A stretch of DNA of 63,977 nt, filler included, from Chiloscyllium plagiosum (lineage: Eukaryota), in assembly GCF_004010195.1 (NCBI RefSeq). It is 6 parts of one record of this genome, joined end to end, with 100 filler letters (N's around TTAATTAATTAA, not from the genome) between each part and the next. Parts side by side here need not be neighbours in the genome. Positions count along the whole stretch, not along the records: positions 1 to 23,044 come from NC_057711.1; positions 23,145 to 30,098 come from NC_057711.1; 4 more parts are not named here. One strand, written 5' to 3'. Within the stretch, counting starts at the first letter, position 1. Each line of letters opens with the position of its first letter. Below the pieces are notes generated by a model. It did no database searches, was not told the origin of the DNA, and saw only the letters and a list, made by a program, of their open reading frames with translations. Below are positions 12,450 through 24,199 of the stretch, piece after piece. Both the position numbers and the translations under genes were made by a program.

Positions 12450-14400
12450 ACAGTCATGAAAATTCTTTTTAAATATTGATAAGGGACATAAGACTGCTGG
12501 AGGTTTTGAGTATTGTCTCTCAAAAGAATCAAGGCGGTAAACCAAAAAAGATATCGAGAGACAACAAAGGAAGTCAGTTACTGATGCTGGCTATGTTTCG
12601 TCTTCTAGAGAGAATAATGAATGAGAAAATATTAATTAGAGATATGCATGGAGGTTACAAGCAAGTCTCATTACACTCAGTCAGATTAAAGAGTGACTTG
12701 ATAAATTGAAAAGTTGTTGTGGGGGTAATAAAACATCTCCTATTGAAGGAATTGACTTTATTTTGGGAAATGATCCACCTGGTTCAAAAATATTGACCTC
12801 AACAAGGGTAATGAAAAACAATCAAGGGAGGTAGAAGAAATGGAAATTTTACAAGACGATCATCCTGGATTATTCCTGACTGTGTTGTGACTAGATCTTG
12901 GATGTAAAAAAATTTGAAAGACAAAGTATCATACATAGTCAAGCAATAGTCAATTTCTTTGACTACTTTTTAAGGTTAAATTTATGGGGTTGACTACTAC
13001 ATGGCTACTATTTTTGAGGGGCTGAAATTCATGCCTGCCAAAATTCGATACCGTACCAGTAGCAGAAGCCCAATTAATCTCTACACAAATAAAGAAGAAA
13101 AAAACAAATTATGGTAGGTCTGTAAACCTGGAGTGGAACACAACAGCCAGCAGACTGGAAAGCTGAAACAGGATGTGACAGCCGGCATACTGACTCATAA
13201 ATGTTGATCTGTTATCTGTGAAGAACAAAGTCGACTTTTACACAAGATATGTGGAAAATTCCAGGTTATTTGGCAAAAATAAGGGGTCAACCTTTACATG
13301 AGATCAGCTATTACTTGAGGATACATGGTATTAATGAGGAAATGGTAATACCTCAAATACCAGCTATTGAGCAATGGACATCTGCTGGGAGTCTTATTTG
13401 AGTATCATGGTTAACTGTTTGGGGCTGCTTACATAATTCCAATGATCATCAAATTTGGTGATCATATCATATATGTCCCAATAATTTGGAAAGGGAATTC
13501 ATTTACTCCCATTTGTCATTAGGTGTCCTCCTAAGAATTCACAAGCTTTTCTCTTTTTTTGCTCATATGGACAGGGAGCAACAAAAGCAAAAAATGTAAC
13601 TTATTCCAAAATTGGAGGATTGTATTGAACAAATTAGATCTGCATGAAAAGTCACAAAATTGATTTGCTAAAAGGGTATTGGTGAGTTCTGTTGACTGAT
13701 AGCGTCAAAGAAATGTCTGCTTTTGGAACACCATCTGGACTTTATTACAGCAATGTCATGCTTTTTGAATGAAAAATGTACCAGCAATATTTCAATTATT
13801 AACCAATAAAATCATTGAAGAACTATGTAACTGTGTTGTATACATTGGCAATTTAGTTTCTCTTTAGCCAAACCTGGTAAATCATTTACACATTTGACTG
13901 AACTGTTTGGCTACAAAAAGCCAATTTGGTTATAAATTTGGCAAACAATGAATTTGCCAAAGCCAAGTTGTCTTATTTGAAGTATACTGTGGAGCAGTGT
14001 CAAGTTGAACTTCAAGAACTGATATTATGGAGTATTTTGGATTTTCCTGTGTTTGGGACAAAATATGCAAGTTTACATTTTATTATCAAGAATAGATTTT
14101 ATTGTAAACTTCAGTGCTGTCTTTGCACATATAAAAAATTTGTTGAAAAAAGGCAGAATACTTGAACGAATGCCAGAGTATGAATGGTGCCTTTGAAAAC
14201 TTGAAAGCTATGCTGACAACCACACTGGGTTTAGCTGCACTGACTTCACAAACCCATTTAAACTGATTGTTAATGCCATCAACATTGATGTGAGGCTGTT
14301 TAATTGAAGGATGACAAGATTAGAAACGTACAGCGTGTCATGAAAAATATTGCACAGTGGAGAAGGAGACATAGGGCTAAGTTTGAGTTCTGTTAATTAT
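12450..14400 (+). mobile_element. Heavily decayed Gypsy LTR-retrotransposon pol remnant (protease region, RT, RNase H)
   Basis: Across frameshifts: RDNKGSQLL and IEGIDFILGND (protease region); IPKLEDCIEQI, DLLKGYW, KEMSAFGTPSGLY, MKNVPAIFQ, ANLVINLA (RT); YCTVEKE (RNase H). Confidence 0.8.
13047..13330. mobile_element. Probable pogo/Tigger-type MITE remnant inside the Gypsy fossil
   Basis: Begins taccgta and ends cagctattacttgaggatacatggta, resembling TACCGTA...TACGGTA termini. Confidence 0.4.
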
Positions 14401-14615
14401 TTTGGAGAGACTTCTGCCACATGGCCTGATGAGCTCTCTTATTGTATCTTACCAAACTTCCCTCATTAACTATCTATCCTCCACTATAGCTACCATCATT
14501 TGCATCTCCCATCTTACTATTCTCAGAAAAATGCTGCTCAGCATTCATCCACTGAAAGATGGGCAGCTCGTGTGGCTGCACCATCTTCAAAGGGCTGCTG
14601 TACACCCAAATGTGT

Positions 14616-14738
14616 CCTGGAGAAGGGTTACACCCAAGATGTTGACATCTCCACCTCCTGATGCTGCCTGGCTTGCTGTGTTCTTCCGGCCTCCTGGCTG
14701 TCTACTTTGGATTCCAGCATCTGCAGTTTTTTTGTCTC
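14616..14738 (+). mobile_element. PLE terminal repeat with degenerate hammerhead core
   Basis: cctggagaagggttacacccaagatgttgac...tgctgcctggcttgctgtg...ccagcatctgcag. Confidence 0.65.
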
Positions 14739-14789
14739 GTATACCCAATAGAGCACTAGCATTCCAAAAATGTGCTGCTTGGTCATGGG

Positions 14790-16600
14790 TATTTCCAGAA
14801 GACGTTGGAAATAGGGAAGAAAGCAGTGTGATTCCCTAAACAGCAAGGTCCTGTCGAGGAGGTGATCGCATGGAGAGATCCAAAGAGGTCTGATAGAGGA
14901 GGCCATGACCCTGGTATATTGCAGCAAGGTCAACACCTGGGTCAGTGTTGGCCAGAGTATCACAGGAATGGCCAGCAGCTTGTCCTTGACTTTCTCCACT
15001 GCAGCTGGGTAAATATTATACTCTTTTCTTTGCCACCTGATACTCACTCTATCTCTGCTGATGTACCACCCTCAAACCATCTCATTTTCTGTCACTCTCA
15101 CAACTGCCCACAGCATCTTTCATCATTCGCTGTCACCACCCTTCAACATCCAACAGCACCAACTCAGCACGTTCTGTGCTCTGCCTACTCACTACCTCAA
15201 AGCTGCTCACTGCCTTTCAGCCATGTGTATCAGCACCTCACTGCTCTAGCTGTACAGCCAGTCAAGGAAGAACCTCTCCAGGCTACTGATACTCAGAGGA
15301 CAGTCAGAGACCAAGCACCTTCTCTGCCCCAGGCAGGAGGGGACCCTGCAGTGTCAGCAATAAGGGACGTTGTCCACATGCCCAGTGAGGAACAAGAGCA
15401 GCAGGCAGGGATGTGGGAGGTCCTTATTGCCCAGAGGCTTCAGCAGTGCAGTGAGTCACGTAACTATCTGTCTGACACTATGGGCAGGTTGGCACCTGCC
15501 ACATAGAGCCAGGCCCAGTGTAGTCAGAGTCTATTGGAGAGGTCCACACCTAGACTCCATTCCCCCCCACCCCCCTCAAGCCATAATCCCTCAAAGGCAT
15601 GGTGCCAGGGAGACGGGGAACGTAGCGATCACTCTTGCTCCCGCTTCCTCATGAGTTAGGGCAGATGCCAAGAGGTACCCAGCAGGAGGAGAAACCACAT
15701 GCAGCCCCCTCAGAAGCCTCCATTCAGGAACCCCAGAGGTGCCAGGTCCTCCACCTGCACCCTGCCTGCCCCATTTGATTCCTGGGGTTCATACCGAGGA
15801 CGGTCAACTTGTCTCTGGTGGGAATATACTTGGCTTTCCTGACCAATCTATTCACAAGCCCCCACAGTGTCACCTGACTAAACATCCAGGACTACTGAGT
15901 TTCACTACTGAGCATGTTCCCTTCATCCCAACTTCAGAACCAGGAAGTGCTTTCAGATCTAATGGAAGGAAGAGAAAGGAGAAGACTTATTGACTGCACT
16001 TTGGTGACATGGGTGCCAATGCACGGTAAGGTGTTTTGCATATTTTTATGTGTGTCAGTTCTCACACCTTACATCTGGCCATTTGTTTTGATCCATGACC
16101 CCAAATGTCATTGTTCCAGCATGAGGTATCAGTTCATAGCCACAGACAATGTCCCATGGATGGACGTGAGTGCTGAGAGCTTGCTGCAGCATCTGGAAGC
16201 AAAGAGAAAAATGCTTACAGAGGGTATTAGTGCTGACAACATTGATCCTCCTCCTCCTCCTCCTCCTCCTCCTAGAACATCCCTATTCTTTCCCATCCTC
16301 TGTGTCTAAAAGTATTGGTGTGAATGAGTGATATCTGAGACGGAGAGGTGCCACACCAACAGGATGGCAAAGCATTACGATAATCAGACATTAGACACCC
16401 TTGTAGATGTCCTGTGCAGTACATTGCTCTCGGTGCAATTTTCTTTCTCTTCAAAGTCCTGCAGCCCCCTCCTTCACAATTCAAATCACTTGCCATGCCA
16501 ACTCCATATGTAGCTTCAGCCATTTTCTTTGCAATGGTTTGCTTTCAATTGCCACCAAGGTGGAAGGTGACGGTGACCGCTCCTCAGCTTCTGCCTCAAT
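14790..16600. mobile_element. Possible ancient PIF/Harbinger remnant (Myb/SANT-like on +, transposase C-terminus-like on -)
   Basis: GKKAV.F...VEEVIAWRD...RNGQQ on +; AIE.QTI, IIVMLC and an acidic (GAG)n run on -. Weak similarity seen by eye. Confidence 0.35.
16246..16273. repeat. (CCT)n microsatellite
   Basis: tcctcctcctcctcctcctcctcctcct. Confidence 0.95.
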
Positions 16601-17401
16601 TGTTCAGTGAGTTCCCAAACATCCAAATCCTCTTTCTGAGAGTCCTTCCCAAATCCCCAAAGGTGGTTCATCTCCCAGGTCCCTAATGAACCTATCTACA
16701 TGAGCCTGCACCTGCCCATCTTTCCATCCATCTCTTATGAAAGATCATGTCTGTGGTCATACAGTCACCCCCATTTGAAACTGGAGTACCACTGACCATG
16801 CATGAGTGTCTCCTCTCTTCCTTCCCATCCATGCTATTATCTCTCCCTGAAAGATACCATTGCTCCCTTTGCCCGTAGTCCTCAGTTCCAAAGGACAATT
16901 TGCTAAGTCTCCTTCTCTTGTCCCATTTTCTCTTGTATTTCTGTCAACCTGACGGACTGACCTTGACCCATGCCCACAAGCAACCAAACCAGGTAACCCA
17001 GGATAAGAAGGGCCCAGACTTCTGACTCAGCTTTTAAAACCACTGGGCCAATCAGAGATGGTTTATCAGAGAGCATGGCGTGAAGCTGTGATAGCAAATA
17101 ACTAAGAGACTGGGTACTTCAAGATGGAGTTGCCCGTCCTCCAACATTTTGACGTTTTAGTTAAAATTTACATGCAGCATATCCAAGCCATCACTATTGA
17201 TGGTGGTTAGAGGTTGCTAGATGGAATGGCGATGTGAGTGACAGGGCAGTCTGTGGAAGGCAGTGAGAGTTTCTGCTAAACTCAACCCACCAGGATGATA
17301 ACTGGAAGGTGACTGGAAAATTCCTTTAATTGGACTCAATAAGGTTCAGGATGAGACTGGACAGTCACCTCTAGCTCATGCAAGCAGGTTATCCCAATTC
17401 C

Positions 17402-17750
17402 TGGTGAAGCAATGGTCTTAGCAATATTATTGCTAGTCACCTAATCCAGAGACCTAGATAATAGTCTGAGGATCTGAGTTTGAATCCCAACATAGCAGAT
17501 GGAATTTGAATTCAATGAAAAAAAAATCTGGGATTAAGTATCTAATTATGGCCATAAAGTTGTTTCCAATTGTCAGAAGGAAAATAATTCATCTGGGCTG
17601 CCAATGCCCTTTAGGGAAAAAAATCTTTCATTCTTAACTGGTGTGGTCTACATTGTGAGTCCAGACCCATAGCAATGTGGTTGACTCTGAACTGGTCTCT
17701 AGGTTTTGCGATAAATGCTAGTCTACATCCCATGAGTGAACTTTTAAAAA
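17402..17750 (+). mobile_element. tRNA-derived SINE (second type), near full length, diverged
   Basis: B-box-like gagtttgaatccc; body and tail homologous to 2911-3197. Confidence 0.65.
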
Positions 17751-18911
17751 ATCCCTCAGTAAAAGTGGGATGGAGGTGAGGAATTGACCTGATGGTTCGT
17801 AAGTCTAGTTTTCACTTCTACCATGGCCAGGATCAAAGATCCAGATCTTGGTGTGAGTTAATATACAGGCAGCAGTGTTTGGATGACCCGCATTTTATGG
17901 CTCACACAAAATCTCTGAAAATCATTTCTTGTACTTGACAACAGTTGATCTATCATTGATGTGAAAATGGTCATCATGAGGCTGTACTTAAGTGATTGAG
18001 GCCAGCCAGACCATTAGGTCACAGTGTAACAAAGGTAAGGTAATTGAAATTGAAGTATTGCCAATTATTTGTTAAACAAGCAGGAATTTCAAATAGATTG
18101 ATTAAAATTACATGTTGTTATTTTATGTTAATAGGAACTCTTGCAAGTTTCGGCACAGAATTTAAAAATTGTTTCATTTTGGTTCAGTACTTAATTCCAG
18201 CACTTGCCTCAATTCTCCCCTCCCCAACTGAAGAAAGTGAGCCTACTACCCCTTGAAGCAGTTTATGCTGTTTATTTCAATGCCTTTCCTATTGCACTGA
18301 ATTCCCCTGAAATAATTGCCCTGAGAATTGCAACACCAAGGCATTGACTTATTGATAAGCATGTAAGCACATAATAAATAGGAACAGGAGCAATCTACAC
18401 AGCCTAATGAATCTGCTTCACCAGTACAATCATGACTAATCAGTAACCTGCACTTCACTGCCTGTTCCTGATACTCCTTAATTTCTGACAGACCAAAACT
18501 CTACTCATCCTTTAAAGTTGGGCCACTGACAATTGTAGAATTTCCTGATTGGCCCAAAGGGCAGAACCTCTGTCCTTCAAAACAAGGCTAATGACACCTA
18601 GAACCAGAAAGAGGGTGTCGAGTCCTTATTTTATGACAGTGGTGTCCAAAATATAAGCCACTTGCCACATGTAATAAATTGAAAATCCAGTTGAGGCTAG
18701 TGTTATTCTGGATTTGTTAAAGAAAATGACTAATAGACCTTGTTGACAGGCACGTGATCTTATTACCCATACTTGTACAGGGTACACATATGTATTTTAA
18801 CTTTTTTTGCATGTTTGTTGGGAGAATGGTAATTGAAAAGGAGGGTGTGAGCTTATTTGTTCATTATGATTAATACTTATTGGTTTTTTTCTATAGTAAT
18901 GTATAACACCA

Positions 18912-19024
18912 AAGAGCTCTTGTGACAAAGTGGCTGTGTTCTGAGCCAGGAGGCTCAGTTTTAGGTCCCATCTACAGCAGAGATATGCAATAATATCTCT
19001 GAACAGATAGGGTATAAAATATCA
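18912..19024 (+). mobile_element. Short (~120 bp) tRNA-like SINE, third type
   Basis: Similar to 39896-40015 and 63510-63615 (ccaggag...gtcccacctg...aatatctctgaacag). Confidence 0.5.
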
Positions 19025-19814
19025 ATCGTACCAAAACATCTTTATTCAACATCGTAGAAACAACAGCAATATTGTTCAGAGAGCAAAGCTATCAATTCAG
19101 TCAATTCAACCAATCAGAACAAATTCACCAGGCCACCAAAGTAAAATTTGTCCAACCAGTAATGGGCAGCTCCAATAAAACACATGATGGCAAAGGGAAA
19201 GCAGCATTCAGTTGAGTTCTAAATAGAGAACAATGGGTTGGGGAAGGCAATGATGAGGCTGCCAGTGGTCAGGTCATGTGTGCAAACATTTTCAACTGTT
19301 AATCTGATAAAGTTACGAAAATATGCTAAATCTGATAAATTTAGGTTAGAATATCAAAGATTTTTGAAAGACTTCACATACTTTTTCATTGAATGGTGAC
19401 AATTGCTTGTTAGTAAGTATAAATGAGTGAAGTGCATTGGAAAATTTCATTCCTGGATTATCAGGGCCCATGTGAATGTTACATTTTGTGTGAAATACTG
19501 TTGTTCTACCTGAATCCCCTGGAAAATTTAAGATTGCAGGGCTAGAGAAAGATAAGGCTAGTATGACTAATTCAATAGCCTTTTCAAAGAGGTGGTAAAA
19601 ACTTAATAGGCTCAATAGCCTCCCACTGTGCAGTAAGATAGGGCCATATATTGCAATCAGTAGGGAAAGAGGGAGAGCCACTGCTGACACAAACATAAAT
19701 CTCATTCAAGAGATTGTCAGAGTCATGGTGGGCATTTCACCTCAAGTCTTAAGCAGTGACTCTGCTTGCTGTGTTCTTTACTCGGCACTCATACCATGGA
19801 GTGGCACTGAAATC

Positions 19815-19934
19815 AGGACAGCAGATGATGGAGATCAGAGTCGAGAGAGTGGTACTGGAAAAGCACAGCAGGTCAGGCAGCATCCGCAGAGCAGGAGAAT
19901 TGATGTTTTGGACAAAAGTCCTTCATCAGGAATG
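19815..19934 (-). mobile_element. Solo PLE terminal repeat (family A) with decayed hammerhead
   Basis: Reverse complement reads cattc-ctgatga-a-ggac-tttt-gtcc-aaaac-atc; stem II GGAC/GTCC co-varies relative to GGGC/GCCC. Confidence 0.8.
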
Positions 19935-20250
19935 ATGAAGTCAGACAAATACCGAAATATCAACGCACACTAAAGGATTTTTAAGTCTCCCAAACAAGAA
20001 GCTGAGACCTCGAAAGTGACAATCACTTGTAAAAAATTTTGTATTGAGCAAATCAAATGTTAGGACATGTGTATGGGATGAAGGACTAAAATCTTTTAAT
20101 TTTAAAAATCAATTTTAAAAATTGCTTACAAATCATTAAACAAGAGTTCACAATTATGAAATTATATTTTCACAGTCATTTCCATTGTCTATCAAATTTT
20201 ATTAAACATGTTGCTATTAAAAAGAGATTACCATTGGATTTGACATGTAA

Positions 20251-20453
20251 AGATTTAGATTACTTACAGTGTGGAAACAGGCCCTTCGGCCCAACAAGTC
20301 CACACTGACCCGCCAAAGCGCAACCCACCCAGACCCACTCCCCTACATTTATCCCTTCACCTAACACTACGGGCAATTTAGCATGGCCAATTCACCTGAC
20401 CTGCACATCTTTGGAGAGGCAGCAGTGCTAACCACTATGCCACCGTGCCGCCC
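20251..20453 (-). mobile_element. HE1-like SINE with internal deletion
   Basis: Matches both ends of 55857-56170 but lacks the central V domain. Confidence 0.85.
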
Positions 20454-21850
20454 ATTTTTAGGTTTTCAAGTGATGATGTGGAAGCAAGAAATGTGAAAAT
20501 CCCAGTGATTGCTGGCTCTGGGAGGAGCCACAGGGCAGGCTCCATCTGAGCTCTGACTGATAGGTAGCAAAGTCTGAATTTCTACATTAATTTGCAGACA
20601 TCCTGAAGTTATGGACATTTTCAGAGTCATAATAATAGCAATAACTAATAGTTCAACACCAACTTTCCTGCAAAATCCAGACAATTGGTTCTTTAGTTCT
20701 CATTTTCTGGACTGCCTCCTAATGTTTGGCTGTTAATTTTCAAGTTGGACTGGAATCCTATCCAATGATACCCAACATACACCCATCATCTTCTTATTTG
20801 ACCTGTTCATCTGAGGAAGCGGTCAGGAAATCTGCATGGAAATAACAGAATATTTTTAAAGAATGAGATCAGGAAGTGAACAAGTCATTGGGTCCCAAAA
20901 GCTATTTTAAACAGTTGCCTGAGTAATGTTGTGATTGTCAGAGAGTCATAGAGATGTACAGCATGGAAACAGACCCTTTGGTCTAACCAATTCATGCCGA
21001 CCAGATATCCCAACCCAATCTAGTCCCACCTACCAGCACCCAGCCTATATCCCTCCAAACCCTTCCTATTCATATATCCATCCAAATGGCTCTGAAATGT
21101 ACCAGCCTCCACCACTTCCTCTGGCAGCTCATTCCATACACGTACCACCCTCTGTGTGAAAAGGTTGCACCTTAGGTTTCTTTTATATCTTTCCCCTCTC
21201 ATCCCCTTTGCCCTCTAGTTCTGGACTCCCCAACCTCAGGGAAAAGACTTTGTCTATTTACCCTATCCATGCCCCTCATAATTTTGTAAAACTCATTAAG
21301 ATCACCCCTCAGCCACCGACACACCAGGGAAAACAGCCCAGGCCTGTTCAGACTCTCCCTATAGGTCAAATCCTCCAACCCTGGCAACATCCCTGTAAAT
21401 CTTTTCTGAACCCTTTCAAGTTTCACAACATCTTTCCGATAGGAAGGAGACCAGAATTGCATGCAATATTCCAACAGTGGCCTAACCGATGTCCTGTACA
21501 GCTGCAACATGACCTCCCAACTCCTGTACTCAATACTCTGNNNNNNNNNNNNNNNNTTCTTCACTATCCACTACACCTCCAATTTTGGTGTCATCTGCAA
21601 ACTTACTAACTATACCTCACATCCAAATCATTTACATAAATGATGAAAAGTAGTGGACCCAGCACCGATCCTTGTGGCACTCCACCTGGTCACAGGCCGC
21701 CAGTCTGAAAAACAACCCACCACCACCACCTTCTGTCTTCTACCTTTGAGCCAGTTCTGTATCCAAATGGCTAGTTCTCCCTGTATTCCGTGAGATCTAA
21801 CCTTGCTTATCAGTCTCCCATGGGGAACCTTGTCGAACGCCTTACTGAAG

Positions 21851-22070
21851 GAGAAAGTGAGGACTGCAGATGCTGGAGATCAGAGCTGAAAATGTGTTGC
21901 TGGAAAAGCGCAGCGGGTCAGGCAGCATCCAAGGAGCAGGAGAATCGACGTTTCCGGCATGAGCCCCTCTTCAGGAAATGAAGAAAGGCTCATGCCCAAA
22001 ACGTCAATTCTCCTGCTCCTTGGATGCTGCCTGACCTGCTGCACTTTTCCAGCAACACATTTTCAGCTCA
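21851..22070. mobile_element. 220-bp foldback PLE-derived insertion with 16-bp TSD
   Basis: TSD gaacgccttactgaag at 21835-21850 and 22071-22086; arms 21883-21973 and 21979-22069. Confidence 0.9.
21943..21978 (-). ncRNA. Minimal hammerhead ribozyme motif (family A)
   Basis: Reverse complement reads c-CTGAAGA-g-gggc-tcat-gccg-GAAAC-GTC-gatt. Confidence 0.6.
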
Positions 22071-23044
22071 GAACGCCTTACTGAAGTCCATATAGATCAC
22101 ATCTACCGCTTGGCTGTCATCAATCCCCTTTATTACTTTCTCAAAAAACACAATCAAGTTTGTGAGACATGGTTTCCCACACACAAAGCCATGTTGACTA
22201 TCCCGAATCAGTCCTTGTCTTTCCAAATATATGTACATCCTATCCTCAGGATTCCCTCCAACAACTTTCCCACCACTGAGGTCAGGCTCATTAGTCTATA
22301 GTTCCCTGGCTTGTCCTTACCAACTTTCTTAAACAGTGACACCACATTAGTCAACCTCCAGTCTTCCAGCACCTCACCTGTGACTATTGATGATACAAAT
22401 ATCTCAGTAAGAAGCCCAGCAATCACTTCCCTAGCTTCCCACAGAGTTCTAGGATACACCTGATCAGGTCCTGGGGATTTATCCACCTTTTTGCGTTTCA
22501 AGACATCCAGCATTTCCTCCTCTATAAAATGGACATTCTGCAAGATTTCACCATCTATTTCCCTACAGACTATATCTTCCATATCCTTTTCCACAGTAAA
22601 TACTGATGCAAAATATTCATTTACTATCTCCCCCATTATCTGCGGCTCCATGCAAAGACCGTCTTGCAGATCTTTGAGGGGCCCTATTCTCTCCCCAGTT
22701 ACCCTTTTGTCCTTAATATATTTGTAAAAACTCTTTGGATTCTCCTTAATAATATTTGCCAAAACTATCTCATGTCCCCTTTTTGCCCTCCTGATTTCCC
22801 TCTTAAGTATACTCCTACTTCCTTTATACTCTTCTAAGGATTCAGTTGATCTATCCTGTCTATACCTTACATATGCTTCCTTCTTTTTCTTAACCAAACC
22901 CTCAATTTCTTTAGTTATCCAGCATTCCCTATACCTACCAGCCTTTCCTTTCACCCTGACAGGAATATACTTTCTCTGGATTCTCGTTATCTCATTTCTG
23001 AAGGCTTCCCATTTTCCAGCCGTCCCTTTACCTGTGAACATCTG

Positions 23045-23144
23045 NNNNNNNNNNNNNNNNNNNNNNNNNNNNNNNNNNNNNNNNNNNNTTAATTAATTAA
23101 NNNNNNNNNNNNNNNNNNNNNNNNNNNNNNNNNNNNNNNNNNNN
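23045..23144. other. Artificial 100-bp assembly spacer (44 N + TTAATTAATTAA + 44 N); also at 30099-30198, 36264-36363, 41844-41943, 60569-60668
   Basis: Identical geometry five times; the 12-mer places a stop codon in all six frames. Confidence 0.95.
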
Positions 23145-23394
23145 TCTTGGTGACCGGGTGGGTTTTCCTCTTCCTGTTTTTCACCACGGTCCATTCCTCT
23201 GCCTCCTTCTTTCCCTTCTCCGCCTCCTCCTCCTGTCCTGTTGGAGCTTCGCTCGGCAGCTGTACCTCTCCGGTAACTGTCATCTGCTCTGCTCTGGCCT
23301 GTCCTTCCTGTTGCATGCCTCCTGACACCATTCCCTTGCCGGTTTGCGGTGCCTTGCAAGTCCTGCAAGTACTTGCAGCCCTGTCCTGCAAGTA
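23145..23394 (-). mobile_element. Tx1-type LINE ORF1 fragment
   Basis: TCKAPQTGKGMVSGGMQQ is homologous to TSKIPQNSMGTVSGGTQK in ORF 33859..34728. Confidence 0.7.
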
Positions 23395-24199
23395 TTGGTT
23401 TATTTCATGATATTGTGGGAAGAAGATTGGCTCCCCGAGCTTCAGATACAGTCCATTCTTATAGGGTGACAAGAAATTGATGTTAATTTCAAGACAATAC
23501 TTTTTTTCAATCTCAGTTGCTAGGAACAATGCTGCTAGTCTGGCAGTATTGGTCAGTTAACAATGGCAACAGGAGGTTAGTTAATCTGCAGAAATGCGTG
23601 CTAATATTCAGCATCCTGGCTGCAGTAGTTTCATAGAGTATTCTGGTGCCATTTAGTCTGCGTGGGCTTTGTTGTGACTGGGTTCCTGGGGAGACAGGCA
23701 GTGCCCTCGGGACTTCAGGAGCTGCAATGCCATTGTGAGGCAGTGAATCTCATTAGCAGGTCATTTAGATAACATGTTCGTTTAGTCAGTAAGGACTTGG
23801 GTAAGGGACCTTTTATGGTCTGTTCCTGAATGTGGCTAAGTTGATTGAGGTAGCAGTGGCATTATGGGTAAACCCTCTTTGGCTAAAGACAACCATAGTG
23901 TCTGTAAGCATGTGGTCTGTTGGCAAAGTGTTTTGTTCCTTCTCCTATAGGAAGTAATCAGCCTCTGTTCATCTATATGTAATGGAGATTATAATTCAGC
24001 TTTTGGATTGCGTCTCTTCCTTTAAAGTATTTCTATCTGACATTCCTGAGATAGTACAAGTGCAATATTCCATAATTTCTTTTAGGATTATGTAGAAATC
24101 ACAGGAACCTTTTCGACAGTCACTAAATAATTTTCTCAGAATTTATACTCCCATCCAACTTTGGCTTGGTGTCCTTAATTTAAAAAGACTTCATCTCCA

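Larger units (their letters stand above)
20941..23044 (-). mobile_element. CR1 LINE, ORF2 RT region to 3' end, disrupted
   Basis: ORF 22208..23041 has VDKSPGPDQVYPRTL and DKPGNYR; ORF 21199..21564 has RPLLEYCMQFWSP; agagtcatag tail. Confidence 0.92.

Noticed and set aside
14862..15506. 214-aa ORF as a functional gene
   Set aside because: No ATG start, no coherent domain, and it lies in a probable transposon fossil
23089..23100. TTAATTAATTAA as a biological motif (homeodomain site or repeat)
   Set aside because: Always centred in exactly 44+44 N, so it is an assembly linker
23930..23980. Isolated plus-strand splice-acceptor-like site (also near 3917 and 48468)
   Set aside because: No matching donor or open exon frame could be supported
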